From contig QCGE01000008.1 in NCBI GenBank assembly GCA_003278195.1, forward strand, positions 10,249 through 74,248: 64,000 nucleotides of DNA, read 5' to 3'. The position numbers and the translations under genes are program-made. This document shows positions 48,680 to 62,130 of the stretch, piece after piece. Each line of letters begins with the position of its first letter. Positions within the stretch are counted from its first letter, which is position 1. The DNA comes from Prochlorococcus sp. AG-363-P08. Lineage in GTDB: Bacteria > Cyanobacteriota > Cyanobacteriia > PCC-6307 > Cyanobiaceae. The notes beneath the pieces are model-generated. The model ran no database searches. It was given only the letters and a program-made list of their open reading frames with translations, and was not told the DNA's origin.

Positions 48680-49998
48680 GGCAAAAGAGCCTTTAAAAGA
48701 TGAGGATCATTTGTAGATGTAGTTGACCAGCTGCCTAACCATCGCTTTGCTTCTGGATTATGCGTAACGAGATATCTAAGCATTGTTTTTGGCATTGTCA
48801 TTTTGCGATTACTGCCTTCCATAATTTCTTTGGCTGCAAATTTCCCTGTCAGTTTGGTGGTATGTACAGCTAGTGCTGCTTGTGCGATTGCAACAGGGGC
48901 AGCAGATGCCAACGAAATGCCTCCTGTAAAGGGAGCAGCAATCAACAACAGATGTCGTAATGCACCTAGTACTAATTGGATGGTTAGATGTGCACCTCCA
49001 AGAAGGGCGCTATACCCTGACAGTCGTCCTAGAAGCCTTCGTGCTGCAGGACCTCCCATATTGATGCCGTATACCTTGCAGAGTTGAATGACCAATGCAG
49101 TATCACATGCTAAGCACCCCGCTAGATCAAAAAGTACAAGTGGGTTAGCTGCAACACCGGATGCTTTCAGAGCGGCAAAGCGACCTATCAAACCTTGTGC
49201 CGCAGCTTTGCTTTTTCTAAGCCGAAAATGTTTTAGTTCTGTCTGTAAGTGATCTGCCTGTCGTAGTGCATTTAGCGATAGGAGTAGTTCTCCTTCTGTG
49301 GAAAGTAAATCAAATAAATGTTTCTGTAACTTCTCTATTCGGGGGGCGCATTCATGACTTCTTATTTTTCCGCCGAAGAGGACATGAGCTTTCCGAGGTG
49401 CAGCCGCAACTTTTATAAGTTGGATATGTTTGACTTCCTTGGGGAGTCGGTTACGAATACTTTCTAGAAGCAAAGATTGCTCTTCGGTAGACCATTGGTC
49501 ACACCTGTTAAGTACCAGGATTATAGGCTTGCCACTTTTTATGAGCACTTTAAGTGCTTCTATTTCTATTTTATTGATATCACTATCTAGTACTAGAAGA
49601 ACAAGATCTGACTGAAGTGCGACCCTTGCCGCTAGCCGTGCTCTTCCTGCGGCAGAAATTTCATCAATACCGGGTGTATCTACTAGGTCGATTGAATTAA
49701 TTGAGTTGATAGGTTGTTCCCATTTTTTAGTCTCAATACGACGGGTGCATCCATGCGCTACATCTGTGGCAAAACATTTTTTCCCGAGCAGTGCATTGAG
49801 GAGACTGGATTTTCCAACACCTACTCTGCCGAAAACCGAAAGTCTTAGTCGACGGTTGATTAGTCGCTCCAATTGTCTATCAAGCGATAGTAATTCACCC
49901 TTAAGAAGGCTACTTTCACGGTTGCTAAATTCCAGATGCTCTCGCCACTTAAGAAGTAGTTGATGACTACGTTCGGATAAGGGTTTCACCTGAGTCAT
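48676..49998 (-). CDS. GTP-binding protein with DUF697-like C-terminal membrane domain
   Basis: G1 GRVGVGKSS, G3 DTPG, G4-like NRCD; TAATG coupling at 49996-50000. Confidence 0.82.
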   Translation of the reverse strand: MTQVKPLSERSHQLLLKWREHLEFSNRESSLLKGELLSLDRQLERLINRRLRLSVFGRVGVGKSSLLNALLGKKCFATDVAHGCTRRIETKKWEQPINSINSIDLVDTPGIDEISAAGRARLAARVALQSDLVLLVLDSDINKIEIEALKVLIKSGKPIILVLNRCDQWSTEEQSLLLESIRNRLPKEVKHIQLIKVAAAPRKAHVLFGGKIRSHECAPRIEKLQKHLFDLLSTEGELLLSLNALRQADHLQTELKHFRLRKSKAAAQGLIGRFAALKASGVAANPLVLFDLAGCLACDTALVIQLCKVYGINMGGPAARRLLGRLSGYSALLGGAHLTIQLVLGALRHLLLIAAPFTGGISLASAAPVAIAQAALAVHTTKLTGKFAAKEIMEGSNRKMTMPKTMLRYLVTHNPEAKRWLGSWSTTSTNDPHLLKALLP

Positions 49999-50993
49999 TA
50001 GCTTGACTTTCTCCACCAGCCAGCAAGCACTGCTAATACTGCATCTGCACTAATTAAACCTACAAATCCACCAAATTCATCCACCACTACTCTTATTCCA
50101 CTTTTGTCGGTTCGGAATCCGTCTAATAAGTGATCGGCTCGAATCATTTCAGGAACATATTCGACTCTTTGGCTTAGATCTGCAGGAGTTAAGTCACCAC
50201 TTCCCTCAAGTAGAGCTTTTAGTAAGCATTCACGATTGGCCATGCCGAGAACTTTGTCAACCTCTTCTCCTAATACAACCCACCATCGCGCATCATTACC
50301 TAAAAGAGTATCCCTTAGAGAATGCAATTTTGTTGATCCATCTAAGGTTGGTGCAGCCACCCTTGGGGTCATTAGGTCTCTAGCAGTAATGTCATTAAGC
50401 TGGAAAACCTTTGTGATCATTGCTGCCTCATCAGGCTCTATTTGACCCTTTTGGGAGCCAAGCCTTGCAAGTTGGCGAATTTCTTCTTCGTCAGTATTGA
50501 TTTCATTTTCTGCAGTTATTGCAGGCATGAGTCTCTCTAATAGCAGGACTAATGGCCGCATTAATACTCCAAGAAGATGCAATATAGGTGCACTTGCTAA
50601 TGAGACTTGAAGGGCGAGTCGGCTGCCAAGTGATTTTGGCAGGATTTCCCCGAAGAGGATAACTAAGATTGTGAGGCCTATGGAAAAGAGAGGTAGTGCA
50701 GCGCTACTGATTTGGCGCTGTTCAAATACAAAAGCTGCATAACCTCCAAGCATCAGACTGCCAAAAATGTTGAAGCCATTGTTCGCTATTACTAATACAG
50801 ACAGAGTGCGTCCTAAACGTTTTCGGAGTTTTGCTAGAAGAGTCGCGCCTGCAAGTGCTCTAGGGCGTGCAGAAAGTTCATGAACCCTAAGTGGATTGAC
50901 AGTGAGAAGTGCTGCTTCGACACCTGAACATAATGCAGAGCCAGTTACCACTATGACCACAAGCAGAATCAGGACAACGATGTCTGTGCTCAT
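49998..50993 (-). CDS. CNNM (DUF21)-CBS domain membrane protein, CorB/hemolysin-like
   Basis: SGVEAAL, FGEILPK, MTPR and VVDEFGG motifs. Confidence 0.88.
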   Translation of the reverse strand: MSTDIVVLILLVVIVVTGSALCSGVEAALLTVNPLRVHELSARPRALAGATLLAKLRKRLGRTLSVLVIANNGFNIFGSLMLGGYAAFVFEQRQISSAALPLFSIGLTILVILFGEILPKSLGSRLALQVSLASAPILHLLGVLMRPLVLLLERLMPAITAENEINTDEEEIRQLARLGSQKGQIEPDEAAMITKVFQLNDITARDLMTPRVAAPTLDGSTKLHSLRDTLLGNDARWWVVLGEEVDKVLGMANRECLLKALLEGSGDLTPADLSQRVEYVPEMIRADHLLDGFRTDKSGIRVVVDEFGGFVGLISADAVLAVLAGWWRKSS

Positions 50994-51367
50994 GGTTTCA
51001 GGGTGAGTAGAAATTTCAAAGCTTGGTTTAAGGGTCCATGTTTATCTTGCCTTTAGCAAGGTAAATGTTGTTTTCCCCTAATCACTTGTCAAAAAGCATT
51101 GGACAAATGAGATGCAGTGTTTGCAATCTGAGGTTGCCTAAACCTCTTCTTGGCTTTTTTAGCTGCTTAAAGTAGTGATTTCACTAGGATTAAAGACTCA
51201 TATGAAATTGCAAATGAATCTTTATAAGTAAGTCATAAGACTTTTTCGATCTTTATATGCTTAATACTGAAGCAGTCAACTATTGGCTTGGATACCCTAG
51301 AGGAGGGAAGTAGCTTTCTACTTTTTAAAAGCACTTTCTGACTTCAGTATGTCTTTTATTTTGGATC

Positions 51368-52684
51368 GTGATCGATTACTCGATTTTTAGGACTAGAAGA
51401 GAACGCTTTTTATCGCAATTAGGTGATGTGGCGGCGATTATTCCGGCGGCATCATTAGTAACCCATCATGCAGATGTAGAACATTCTTTTCGACAGGACA
51501 GTGACTTTTGGTATTTAACAGGATTTGATGAGCCTGATGCTGTTGCGCTCTTTCTTCCTTATAGACCTATAGGCGAGCAATTTGTCTTATTTGTGAATCC
51601 AAAGGAATCTCAATTAGAGGTTTGGCATGGATCTCGATGGGGAAAAGAGGGAGCGGTGGAAGTTTTTGGAGCAGATATAGCCCATTCAGTAGAGGATTTT
51701 CCGAGAAGGATTGGAGAATATTTAAATGGTTCAGATTCTATTGTTTTTCGCATTGGTAAGCACCCAAAGGTTGAGTCAATTGTTTTAAAAGCATGGGCCG
51801 AACAGTTAGATCTTTCGGCAAGAAAGGGCTCAGCTCCTAATGCTTTGATTGCTCCTTGCCCCTTTTTGCATCAGTTAAGACTCCGTAAGGAGCCTTATGA
51901 AATAGAACGTATGCGCATTGCTGCCCGAATCTCAGCGGAGGCTCATGAATTAGCACGAAAAAAAACATGTCCTGGAATGAATGAGCGGCAAGTTCAGGCA
52001 TTGATTGAGCAATATTTTCTTGAACAAGGTGCTAGGGGACCTGCTTATGGATCAATTGTTGCTGGAGGAGATAACGGATGTGTTCTTCATTACACAGCTA
52101 ATAATGCAGTTTTAAATGATGGAGATTTGTTGTTAATAGATGCTGGGTGTTCTTTAGAGGATTATTACAACGCTGATATAACTAGGACTTTCCCGGTCAA
52201 TGGAAGTTTTACGTCAGAACAGAGAGCTTTATATGAAATTGTTTTTTCAGCCCAACAGGCTGCTATTAGAGCTGTCTCTCCAGGGCAAAATGCTGAGTTT
52301 ATTCATCAAGCTGCTGTCAGGGTTTTAGTAGAAGGTCTTGTTGACCTTGGCTTACTTGTAGGTGATATTGATGAAATCATCGAACAAGGTAATTACTGTC
52401 ATTTGTATATGCATCGAACAGGGCATTGGCTAGGGCTAGATGTTCATGATGTTGGAGCTTATCGTTTAGGAGAATATCCAGTTAAGCTTGAGCCTGGGAT
52501 GGTTCTTACTGTTGAGCCAGGTCTTTATATTAGTGACCGTTTGCCAGTTCCAGAAGGGCAGCCTTCGATTGATGAATGCTGGAAGGGTATTGGCATAAGA
52601 ATAGAAGATGATGTTTTGGTTACGCTGGATGGAAATGAAGTTTTAACTACAGAAGCTAAAAGCGCACCAGGGGAAATTGATTAA
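51368..52684 (+). CDS. pepP: Xaa-Pro aminopeptidase
   Basis: FRQDSDFWYLTG, DITRT, GHWLGLDVHD, TVEPG and GIRIEDD motifs. Confidence 0.95.
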   Translation: MIDYSIFRTRRERFLSQLGDVAAIIPAASLVTHHADVEHSFRQDSDFWYLTGFDEPDAVALFLPYRPIGEQFVLFVNPKESQLEVWHGSRWGKEGAVEVFGADIAHSVEDFPRRIGEYLNGSDSIVFRIGKHPKVESIVLKAWAEQLDLSARKGSAPNALIAPCPFLHQLRLRKEPYEIERMRIAARISAEAHELARKKTCPGMNERQVQALIEQYFLEQGARGPAYGSIVAGGDNGCVLHYTANNAVLNDGDLLLIDAGCSLEDYYNADITRTFPVNGSFTSEQRALYEIVFSAQQAAIRAVSPGQNAEFIHQAAVRVLVEGLVDLGLLVGDIDEIIEQGNYCHLYMHRTGHWLGLDVHDVGAYRLGEYPVKLEPGMVLTVEPGLYISDRLPVPEGQPSIDECWKGIGIRIEDDVLVTLDGNEVLTTEAKSAPGEID

Positions 52685-52794
52685 TGATTAAGGAGGAGGT
52701 TGCTGATTATCAATCACAGTTAAAATCTCTCATTCGGATAAGATTAATTGTCTATCAATGCTTGATAGTAATGATTAGTTAGATTGATTATTAT

Positions 52795-53601
52795 TTATTC
52801 ATTAAGAGACAATCTTGAGATCTGCTCATCGATATTTAATATATCTTTTGTTTTGGAAATAATTATATCTGCCCCGGCTTTTTTGAGCTCGATTTCATAA
52901 TCTCTTCTTTCGCTTTTCTTGTTTGCTTGATGTAGATGCGGAGGTGCTACTGCAATACTAAGAAATATTTGGTTAGGGATTTTTATTTTGGCATTGTTTA
53001 TTGTTAGAACATCAGCAACTGTATCTCCCAAATAGGCGATAGGAGGAGCTCCATTGCCTAGAGGCTTATTTAGTTCTTCTTTGGCCAGATTCAAAAGTCC
53101 TGATGGATCTGGTTTGCTTGGTGCATCATCCATTGCAATTAGAGGAGGATCTCTAAGACACAATCTTTCCTCTAAGACAAACCTTGCTGAAGGGGGTTCC
53201 GCTCCACTGATGAATCCATATTGGAATCCCTTTTGGCCTATTTCATTGAAAAAGTTTTTATCTACTAGGAGAGGTTCGTTAAGAATGAAGCCAGTCCAGT
53301 TTCTAGCCTCACCTTCAGGGTCGCCACCAAAATAGAAATCGCTAAAAATTTTGATGACTTCTTTTTTTGGGAAAATCTCTTGCTTCAGAGAGGATTTTGA
53401 TTGATGCCGCCTTATGAGCTCAATAGTTGCATCCCAGTCATTATTCCATCGCCCTTCTCCCTTTAAGTCATCTATTAATTGGGGCTCTGGGCTCCAATTA
53501 ACAAAGTGCCGCACCGTCTCCTGTATTGCTAGGCGGTAGCTTCTAGACACATCTCGGATGACTCCATCGATGTCAAATAGCAGTAAACCTTTGGTGTTCA
53601 G
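52795..53601 (-). CDS. TIGR01548-like HAD hydrolase; probable CTG start at 53601
   Basis: Motif I (LLFDIDGVIRD) lies upstream of the track start at 53550; WNNDWD, KPDP and YLGDTVAD motifs. Confidence 0.85.
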   Translation of the reverse strand: MNTKGLLLFDIDGVIRDVSRSYRLAIQETVRHFVNWSPEPQLIDDLKGEGRWNNDWDATIELIRRHQSKSSLKQEIFPKKEVIKIFSDFYFGGDPEGEARNWTGFILNEPLLVDKNFFNEIGQKGFQYGFISGAEPPSARFVLEERLCLRDPPLIAMDDAPSKPDPSGLLNLAKEELNKPLGNGAPPIAYLGDTVADVLTINNAKIKIPNQIFLSIAVAPPHLHQANKKSERRDYEIELKKAGADIIISKTKDILNIDEQISRLSLNE

Positions 53602-53629
53602 GGTAAAAGGAATGTATAGGAGCTGTTAG

Positions 53630-54184
<555 letters not shown>

Positions 54185-54216
54185 TTAGAGGTTAGAAGCA
54201 AAGATTCTTTAATATT

Positions 54217-54885
54217 TCAAGCAATCTTTGCGTCTTTGTTGAATTGTGATGAAGCCTTGTCTGAGTCTGGTGAGTTGAAGATTTTTAGAGCAAGTTCAGG
54301 GTTGATTGTGAAAACATCTACACCTTGACTAGCAAGTTTTGTTATTTCATTGAGGTCTCTTAAACTGGCAACCAATAATTTGCAGTTGCTGTTAGTCCCA
54401 TTAAGAATTTCCTGCATCTTAATTACTTCAGCAAGCCCATTGATGCCTGTGTCCCCAATCCGGCCAAGGTAGGGAGCTATATAGCTCGCATTAAGAGATT
54501 CAGCTATTAAGATTTGCTTGGGCTCATAGCACGCTGTAAGGGTGATAGAAATATTTTTACGAATGAGAACCTTTGTTGCTTTGCAGCCTATAAAAGTTGT
54601 AGGAATTTTGACAAAAACTTTTAATTTTTTTGATTCCAATTTGGCTAGTTTTAATCCGGTTTCAATCAGACTTTCTTCGTTCTCGCCCCATGCTTGCAGA
54701 TGTATCTCATGGCATCCAAGACTTTCAGCTTGTTTGACCAAGCTCTCTAGACTAGAAATGCAACAAGGTTGATTTGCGTTCTTTAAAAGTGTTGGATTGG
54801 TTGTGATACCTGAGAAAATTCCACTAGGAAATAGTTCTTCCCAGTACTTTGGATTTGCACTATCAAGAAGGAGTTTTAATGCCAT
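54217..54885 (-). CDS. transaldolase/fructose-6-phosphate aldolase (MipB/TalC) family protein, FSA-like
   Basis: LDSA, GITTNPTL, VKIP (Schiff-base Lys), LTACY, YIAPYLGR and LVAS motifs. Confidence 0.88.
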   Translation of the reverse strand: MALKLLLDSANPKYWEELFPSGIFSGITTNPTLLKNANQPCCISSLESLVKQAESLGCHEIHLQAWGENEESLIETGLKLAKLESKKLKVFVKIPTTFIGCKATKVLIRKNISITLTACYEPKQILIAESLNASYIAPYLGRIGDTGINGLAEVIKMQEILNGTNSNCKLLVASLRDLNEITKLASQGVDVFTINPELALKIFNSPDSDKASSQFNKDAKIA

Positions 54886-54890
54886 ACTTT

Positions 54891-55055
54891 TTAGTAATTG
54901 CAGGCGTTATATAACCGTTGTGCTTTCAGCTGTTCTTTGAGTTTTTTGTTCTCAATTTCCAAGGCTTCTATTTCTTTCTGACATCTGTTTATTTGCTCCA
55001 ATGACCATTGCCAGTTTTTCTCGGAGCAGTGCTTTTTTATTGCAACCCAATCCAT
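54891..55055 (-). CDS. 54-aa coiled-coil protein, not in ORF track: MDWVAIKKHCSEKNWQWSLEQINRCQKEIEALEIENKKLKEQLKAQRLYNACNY
   Basis: ATG 55055 with an AAGGAG SD 7 nt upstream; stop 5 nt before the aldolase start; heptad pattern. Confidence 0.7.
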   Translation of the reverse strand: MDWVAIKKHCSEKNWQWSLEQINRCQKEIEALEIENKKLKEQLKAQRLYNACNY

Positions 55056-55135
55056 AATAAGTCTCCTTGGTGATGAATAAAGTTATCTAAGAAAATTTAT
55101 ATGATTTTACTTTACTTGTGGGCGGAAACAACTAA

Positions 55136-55546
55136 TTAAATGTCTTTATTTGTGGCTTGAACTCTTGCACGTGCCTTGTTTAGATTTTGTTGAGCTTTTA
55201 TCTTTTCTGTAGATGAAGGCTGGCCTTCTAGTTGGGTGAACTCTGACTTTGCTTTTTCTAGCTCTGCCTCAGCAGCTAAGGAGTCAATTTTGCTTCCTAA
55301 TTCAGCCCCATTTACCAAAACTGTTACATCATCATTTTCTACTTCAGCAAATCCTCCCATCAAAGCAATTGAATCCCAGTTGCCATTTATCAAAACTCTT
55401 AGAACTCCAATATCAATTGCAGTTACTAAGGAGATATGTCCAGGGAGAATTCCAAGTAATCCTGTTGTGCTTGGCAAAATAATCTCGTCGACAGTGCCAT
55501 CAAAAACACTTTGATCTGGCGCCAGCACTCTTAGGGTGAGGGTCAT
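55136..55546 (-). CDS. atpC: ATP synthase F1 subunit epsilon (cyanobacterial name atpE)
   Basis: LGILPGH and GGFAEV motifs. Confidence 0.97.
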   Translation of the reverse strand: MTLTLRVLAPDQSVFDGTVDEIILPSTTGLLGILPGHISLVTAIDIGVLRVLINGNWDSIALMGGFAEVENDDVTVLVNGAELGSKIDSLAAEAELEKAKSEFTQLEGQPSSTEKIKAQQNLNKARARVQATNKDI

Positions 55547-55614
55547 TTTCGGTTGGTTTTGTTTGAGAGTGGATTACAAGGATTTGCTTAGGCTTTGTCT
55601 CCTGAATAAGGAGA

Positions 55615-57087
<1,473 letters not shown>

Positions 57088-57172
57088 TCAAGAAAAGTAT
57101 TTTTTGCGCCTATTGGCGCTTGCGCTTCATAAGCCGGGCAACACTACCACTGAACAGGTATCAGTGGCAGTG

Positions 57173-57188
57173 GTTCGGTCACCCGCAC
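57173..57188 (+). promoter_or_regulatory. K-box upstream of groESL
   Basis: GTTCGG-TCAC-CCGCAC matches the cyanobacterial K-box consensus GTTCGG-NNAN-CCNNAC. Confidence 0.8.
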
Positions 57189-57226
57189 AGGATAGATCTA
57201 GTCTTCTTAGTACTGCAGCGCATAAG

Positions 57227-57253
57227 TTGGCAGTCTTCGGTTAGGAGTGCTAA
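57227..57253 (+). promoter_or_regulatory. CIRCE element (HrcA operator)
   Basis: TTGGCAGTC-N9-GAGTGCTAA against consensus TTAGCACTC-N9-GAGTGCTAA (2 mismatches, both in the left arm). Confidence 0.88.
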
Positions 57254-57303
57254 CTCCATCCGAATGAGGCGTTTTCGCCCTGTTGTTGCTTTTGCATTAC
57301 CCC

Positions 57304-57615
57304 ATGGCTGCTGTTTCTCTCAGCGTTTCCACCGTTAAGCCCTTAGGAGACCGAGTTTTTGTAAAGGTCTCTGAATCAGAGGAGAAGACCGCCGGAGGCA
57401 TTCTTTTGCCTGATACTGCCAAGGAAAAACCTCAGGTTGGTGAGGTTGCACAAGTCGGCCCTGGCAAGCGCAATGATGATGGCTCACGCCAGGCACCAGA
57501 AGTTGGAGTTGGAGACAAAGTGCTGTATAGCAAGTACGCAGGCACTGACATCAAGCTCGGTAGTGATGAATATGTCCTTTTGTCTGAAAAGGACATCCTG
57601 GCTGTTGTTAACTAA
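57304..57615 (+). CDS. groES: co-chaperonin GroES
   Basis: KPLGDRV and [16 protein letters not shown] motifs. Confidence 0.99.
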   Translation: MAAVSLSVSTVKPLGDRVFVKVSESEEKTAGGILLPDTAKEKPQVGEVAQVGPGKRNDDGSRQAPEVGVGDKVLYSKYAGTDIKLGSDEYVLLSEKDILAVVN

Positions 57616-57645
57616 AGCTCCTAGCCAAATTTAATTTTTAACTGA

Positions 57646-59316
<1,671 letters not shown>

Positions 59317-59351
59317 TGAGTTTCTTTCATTAATAAAAGGTCAAACCATTG

Positions 59352-59383
59352 AAGGGGCTAGGTTTTAACCAGCCCCTTTTTTT
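59352..59383 (+). terminator. Rho-independent terminator of groESL
   Basis: AAGGGGCT(A)GGTT-T-TAACCAGCCCC followed by a T7 tract. Confidence 0.88.
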
Positions 59384-59492
59384 ATATTCCTCTTTTTGTA
59401 TAAATGAAAGCTTTTGTTTTGAAGCTTAAATGGTGTGTTTTGTAATTCGTATGCGCTCTTTTGTTAAAGAATTTTATTTTAAAATTGCCTTT

Positions 59493-59720
59493 TCATTTAA
59501 GCCAGCCCGCACTAAGAATTATTGAAAGACTTAGGAAAATGCATAGGCAAGTCCATGTGATTCTGTTCAGAGTAGATTCTGCACTGCTTGCACTTGTAAA
59601 CATCGAACTTCCACTGGCCGCAAGTCCTCCCATCCCATCACCTTTTGGACTATGAAGTAGAACAAATAATATGAGTAGGACTCCAGAGGCTACCCATAAC
59701 CAGGTTAGGACAGAGATCAT
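59493..59720 (-). CDS. secG: preprotein translocase subunit SecG
   Basis: VLLHSPKGDGMGG...AESTLNRITW. Confidence 0.95.
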   Translation of the reverse strand: MISVLTWLWVASGVLLILFVLLHSPKGDGMGGLAASGSSMFTSASSAESTLNRITWTCLCIFLSLSIILSAGWLK

Positions 59721-59782
59721 AATTGACTTGGCTCAATACTCATCAAGATGGTTTGCCTTTTAAAAGTACCTGAAGGTGCTTT

Positions 59783-61405
59783 TTAGACAGGTTGAACAAT
59801 TTTAGGGTTAAGAGCATGGGACTGGCTATATGAAATTAATGATTCTCCTGTCATTACTTTTGGCTTTGGCAGATTTAAAAGTTGGAGGATTGTTGGAGCT
59901 ATATCTGCTAGACCTCCTCCTGTTCTTAGTTTTATTGAATTGCCCTGTCCAGCAACCTTTCTTTTTTCTCCTTCCACAAGAATCACGGGGACAGGGTTAG
60001 TTGTGTGGGCTGTCCATGCTTGACCATCAACACCTTTCATTAGCTCTGCATTGCCATGATCAGCTGTGATAAGGAGTGATCCGCTCATCTTTCCAGTCGA
60101 GTCGAGAAGTCGGCCAATACATTTATCAACAGTACTTATTGCCTTTTTTGTTGCTTCCATTAATCCTGTATGTCCGACCATATCAGGATTTGCATAATTG
60201 ATGACTATTAATGAATATCTTCCGCTTTCAATTGCAGCTTTGCAGCTATTTGTAAGCTCTTCTGCTGACATGGCTGGTGATAGGTCATAGGTAGCAACTC
60301 GCGGGGAAGGAACAAGGTGCCTTTCTTCTCCTGCTAATGGCTTTTCAATCCCTCCATTTAAAAAATAAGTAACGTGCGGATATTTTTCAGTTTCCGCCGT
60401 TCTGTATTGGTTAAGGCCATGTTCAGAAACCACATTTCCTAGAAGATCTTCTAAGGGATCTGGAGGAAAAACCACATCTACATCCAGTTCAGCTTCATAT
60501 TGAGTAAAGGTAACTATGTCAATTTTTGGCTGGACTTTTCGTTCGAATTTCGTGAATTCTTTAAGCGTCAGTGCTTGAACTAACTGCCTTGAACGGTCTG
60601 GACGGAAGTTGAATATTATTAGCCCATCTCCATCAGCAAGATGGCTCTTTGAGAGTTTTGAGGGGTTTAGAAATTCATCTGTTGTTCCTGCTTGATAGTT
60701 TTCTTCTAGGACATCTTTTGTAGAACGTTGATCTATAGGGGCGCTTGGATTTGTTAGTAGGTTATATGCCTTGGCTGTTCGATCCCATCGATGATCGCGA
60801 TCCATTGCCCAATATCTTCCGCATAGGCTTGCTATTTCCCCGGTCCCAGTTTTTTTAAGAGCCTCCTCGATAAGTTGAAGATAGTTCCCAGCACTTTTTG
60901 TTGGTGTATCCCGTCCGTCAGTTATGGCATGAATCGCAACCTTTTTTAGATCCAAAGAAGATGCCCATTCCAGTAGTCCAGAAAGATGATTTATATGGCT
61001 ATGAACACCACCATCGGAGCAAAGGCCTAGAAGATGCAAAGTGCCGCCTGTGTGTTTTAACTTTTCAGCGATTCTTATAAGGGCTTGATTATCTCCAAGA
61101 GAGCCCTCTTCGACTGCATTTGTTATTCGTACTAATTCTTGTTGGATGATGCGGCCTGCACCAATTGTTAGGTGGCCCACTTCCGAGTTCCCCATTTGAT
61201 TGTCTGGGAGTCCAACGTCTGCTCCACTGGCTTCTATAAGTGTGTGTGGATAGGCCTCCCAGAGAGCATCCATTATTGGAGTGTCAGCAGAACGAATCGC
61301 GTTGTCGGCTGTTTTATCGCTGTATCCCCAGCCATCAAGAATTGCAAGTACTACTGGGGCCACAGGGCCAGAACGTTTTGATAATCCCGAGTTGTTTTTG
61401 GGCAT
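59783..61405 (-). CDS. gpmI: 2,3-BPG-independent phosphoglycerate mutase
   Basis: [32 protein letters not shown] and TADHGNAE motifs. Confidence 0.97.
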   Translation of the reverse strand: MPKNNSGLSKRSGPVAPVVLAILDGWGYSDKTADNAIRSADTPIMDALWEAYPHTLIEASGADVGLPDNQMGNSEVGHLTIGAGRIIQQELVRITNAVEEGSLGDNQALIRIAEKLKHTGGTLHLLGLCSDGGVHSHINHLSGLLEWASSLDLKKVAIHAITDGRDTPTKSAGNYLQLIEEALKKTGTGEIASLCGRYWAMDRDHRWDRTAKAYNLLTNPSAPIDQRSTKDVLEENYQAGTTDEFLNPSKLSKSHLADGDGLIIFNFRPDRSRQLVQALTLKEFTKFERKVQPKIDIVTFTQYEAELDVDVVFPPDPLEDLLGNVVSEHGLNQYRTAETEKYPHVTYFLNGGIEKPLAGEERHLVPSPRVATYDLSPAMSAEELTNSCKAAIESGRYSLIVINYANPDMVGHTGLMEATKKAISTVDKCIGRLLDSTGKMSGSLLITADHGNAELMKGVDGQAWTAHTTNPVPVILVEGEKRKVAGQGNSIKLRTGGGLADIAPTILQLLNLPKPKVMTGESLISYSQSHALNPKIVQPV

Positions 61406-61566
61406 TCTGAGCCGAGTAGATTAATTCTTTGTTTTCCCAGACTCAAACTACTTCTTTTGGAGCGTTTGATATGGATTTGTTTTGACTTCTGTCAGCTTTT
61501 CCAAATTGCATGCTGCTCTGGTCGTAGTTTTTGGTCATAAACTTTTCACTCTTGTACTAGTTGTAT

Positions 61567-62124
61567 ATGTCTCAGAACAAAGACGAGGAAAGAGTTGAGA
61601 TACTTTCTTCGGAAGAGCTAGGTAGAACTTTGTCAAGACTTGCTTCTCAAGTGGTGGAATCAGTTAGTAACACTAAAGAATTGGTGCTTTTGGGGATTCC
61701 AACTAGAGGTGTTCATCTCTCTCAAGTACTTGCTAAGCACTTGGAGAAACTTATTGGGCATGGCATTGCCTATGGAAGTCTTGATCCTACTTTTCATAGA
61801 GATGATTTAGTCCGGGTAGGGACAAGAATGGTTCAGCCAACAGATCTGCCTACAGATTTAGAATCAAAGGAGGTTGTACTAGTTGATGATGTAATTTTTA
61901 CAGGTAGAACTGTTAGGGCTTCATTAGAAGCTTTGCAAGCATGGGGTAGACCTAAAAGAGTCATGTTGTTGGTAATGGTTGATCGAGGTCATAGAGAATT
62001 ACCTATCCAGCCAGATTTTTGCGGAAGAAAGGTACCGACTCGACGCGTTGAGAATATTCAATTGCGTCTAAAGAATATAGATGGAGAAGAGGGTGTTTAT
62101 CTTTGTAGAAGAGGAAAATCCTAA
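61567..62124 (+). CDS. pyrR: bifunctional pyr operon regulator / uracil phosphoribosyltransferase
   Basis: GIPTRG, LVDDVIFTGRT and DRGHRELPI motifs. Confidence 0.94.
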   Translation: MSQNKDEERVEILSSEELGRTLSRLASQVVESVSNTKELVLLGIPTRGVHLSQVLAKHLEKLIGHGIAYGSLDPTFHRDDLVRVGTRMVQPTDLPTDLESKEVVLVDDVIFTGRTVRASLEALQAWGRPKRVMLLVMVDRGHRELPIQPDFCGRKVPTRRVENIQLRLKNIDGEEGVYLCRRGKS

Positions 62125-62130
62125 GAATTT

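Noticed and set aside
52690-52725. Strong SD-like AAGGAGGAGG after pepP
   Set aside because: Followed only by a 7-codon TTG ORF in a convergent gap; no support for a gene
54217-54885. Cyanophage talC or a prophage remnant
   Set aside because: Active-site residues are FSA-like rather than TalC-like (no SPF or Glu), and there is no integrase, att/tRNA site or other phage gene nearby
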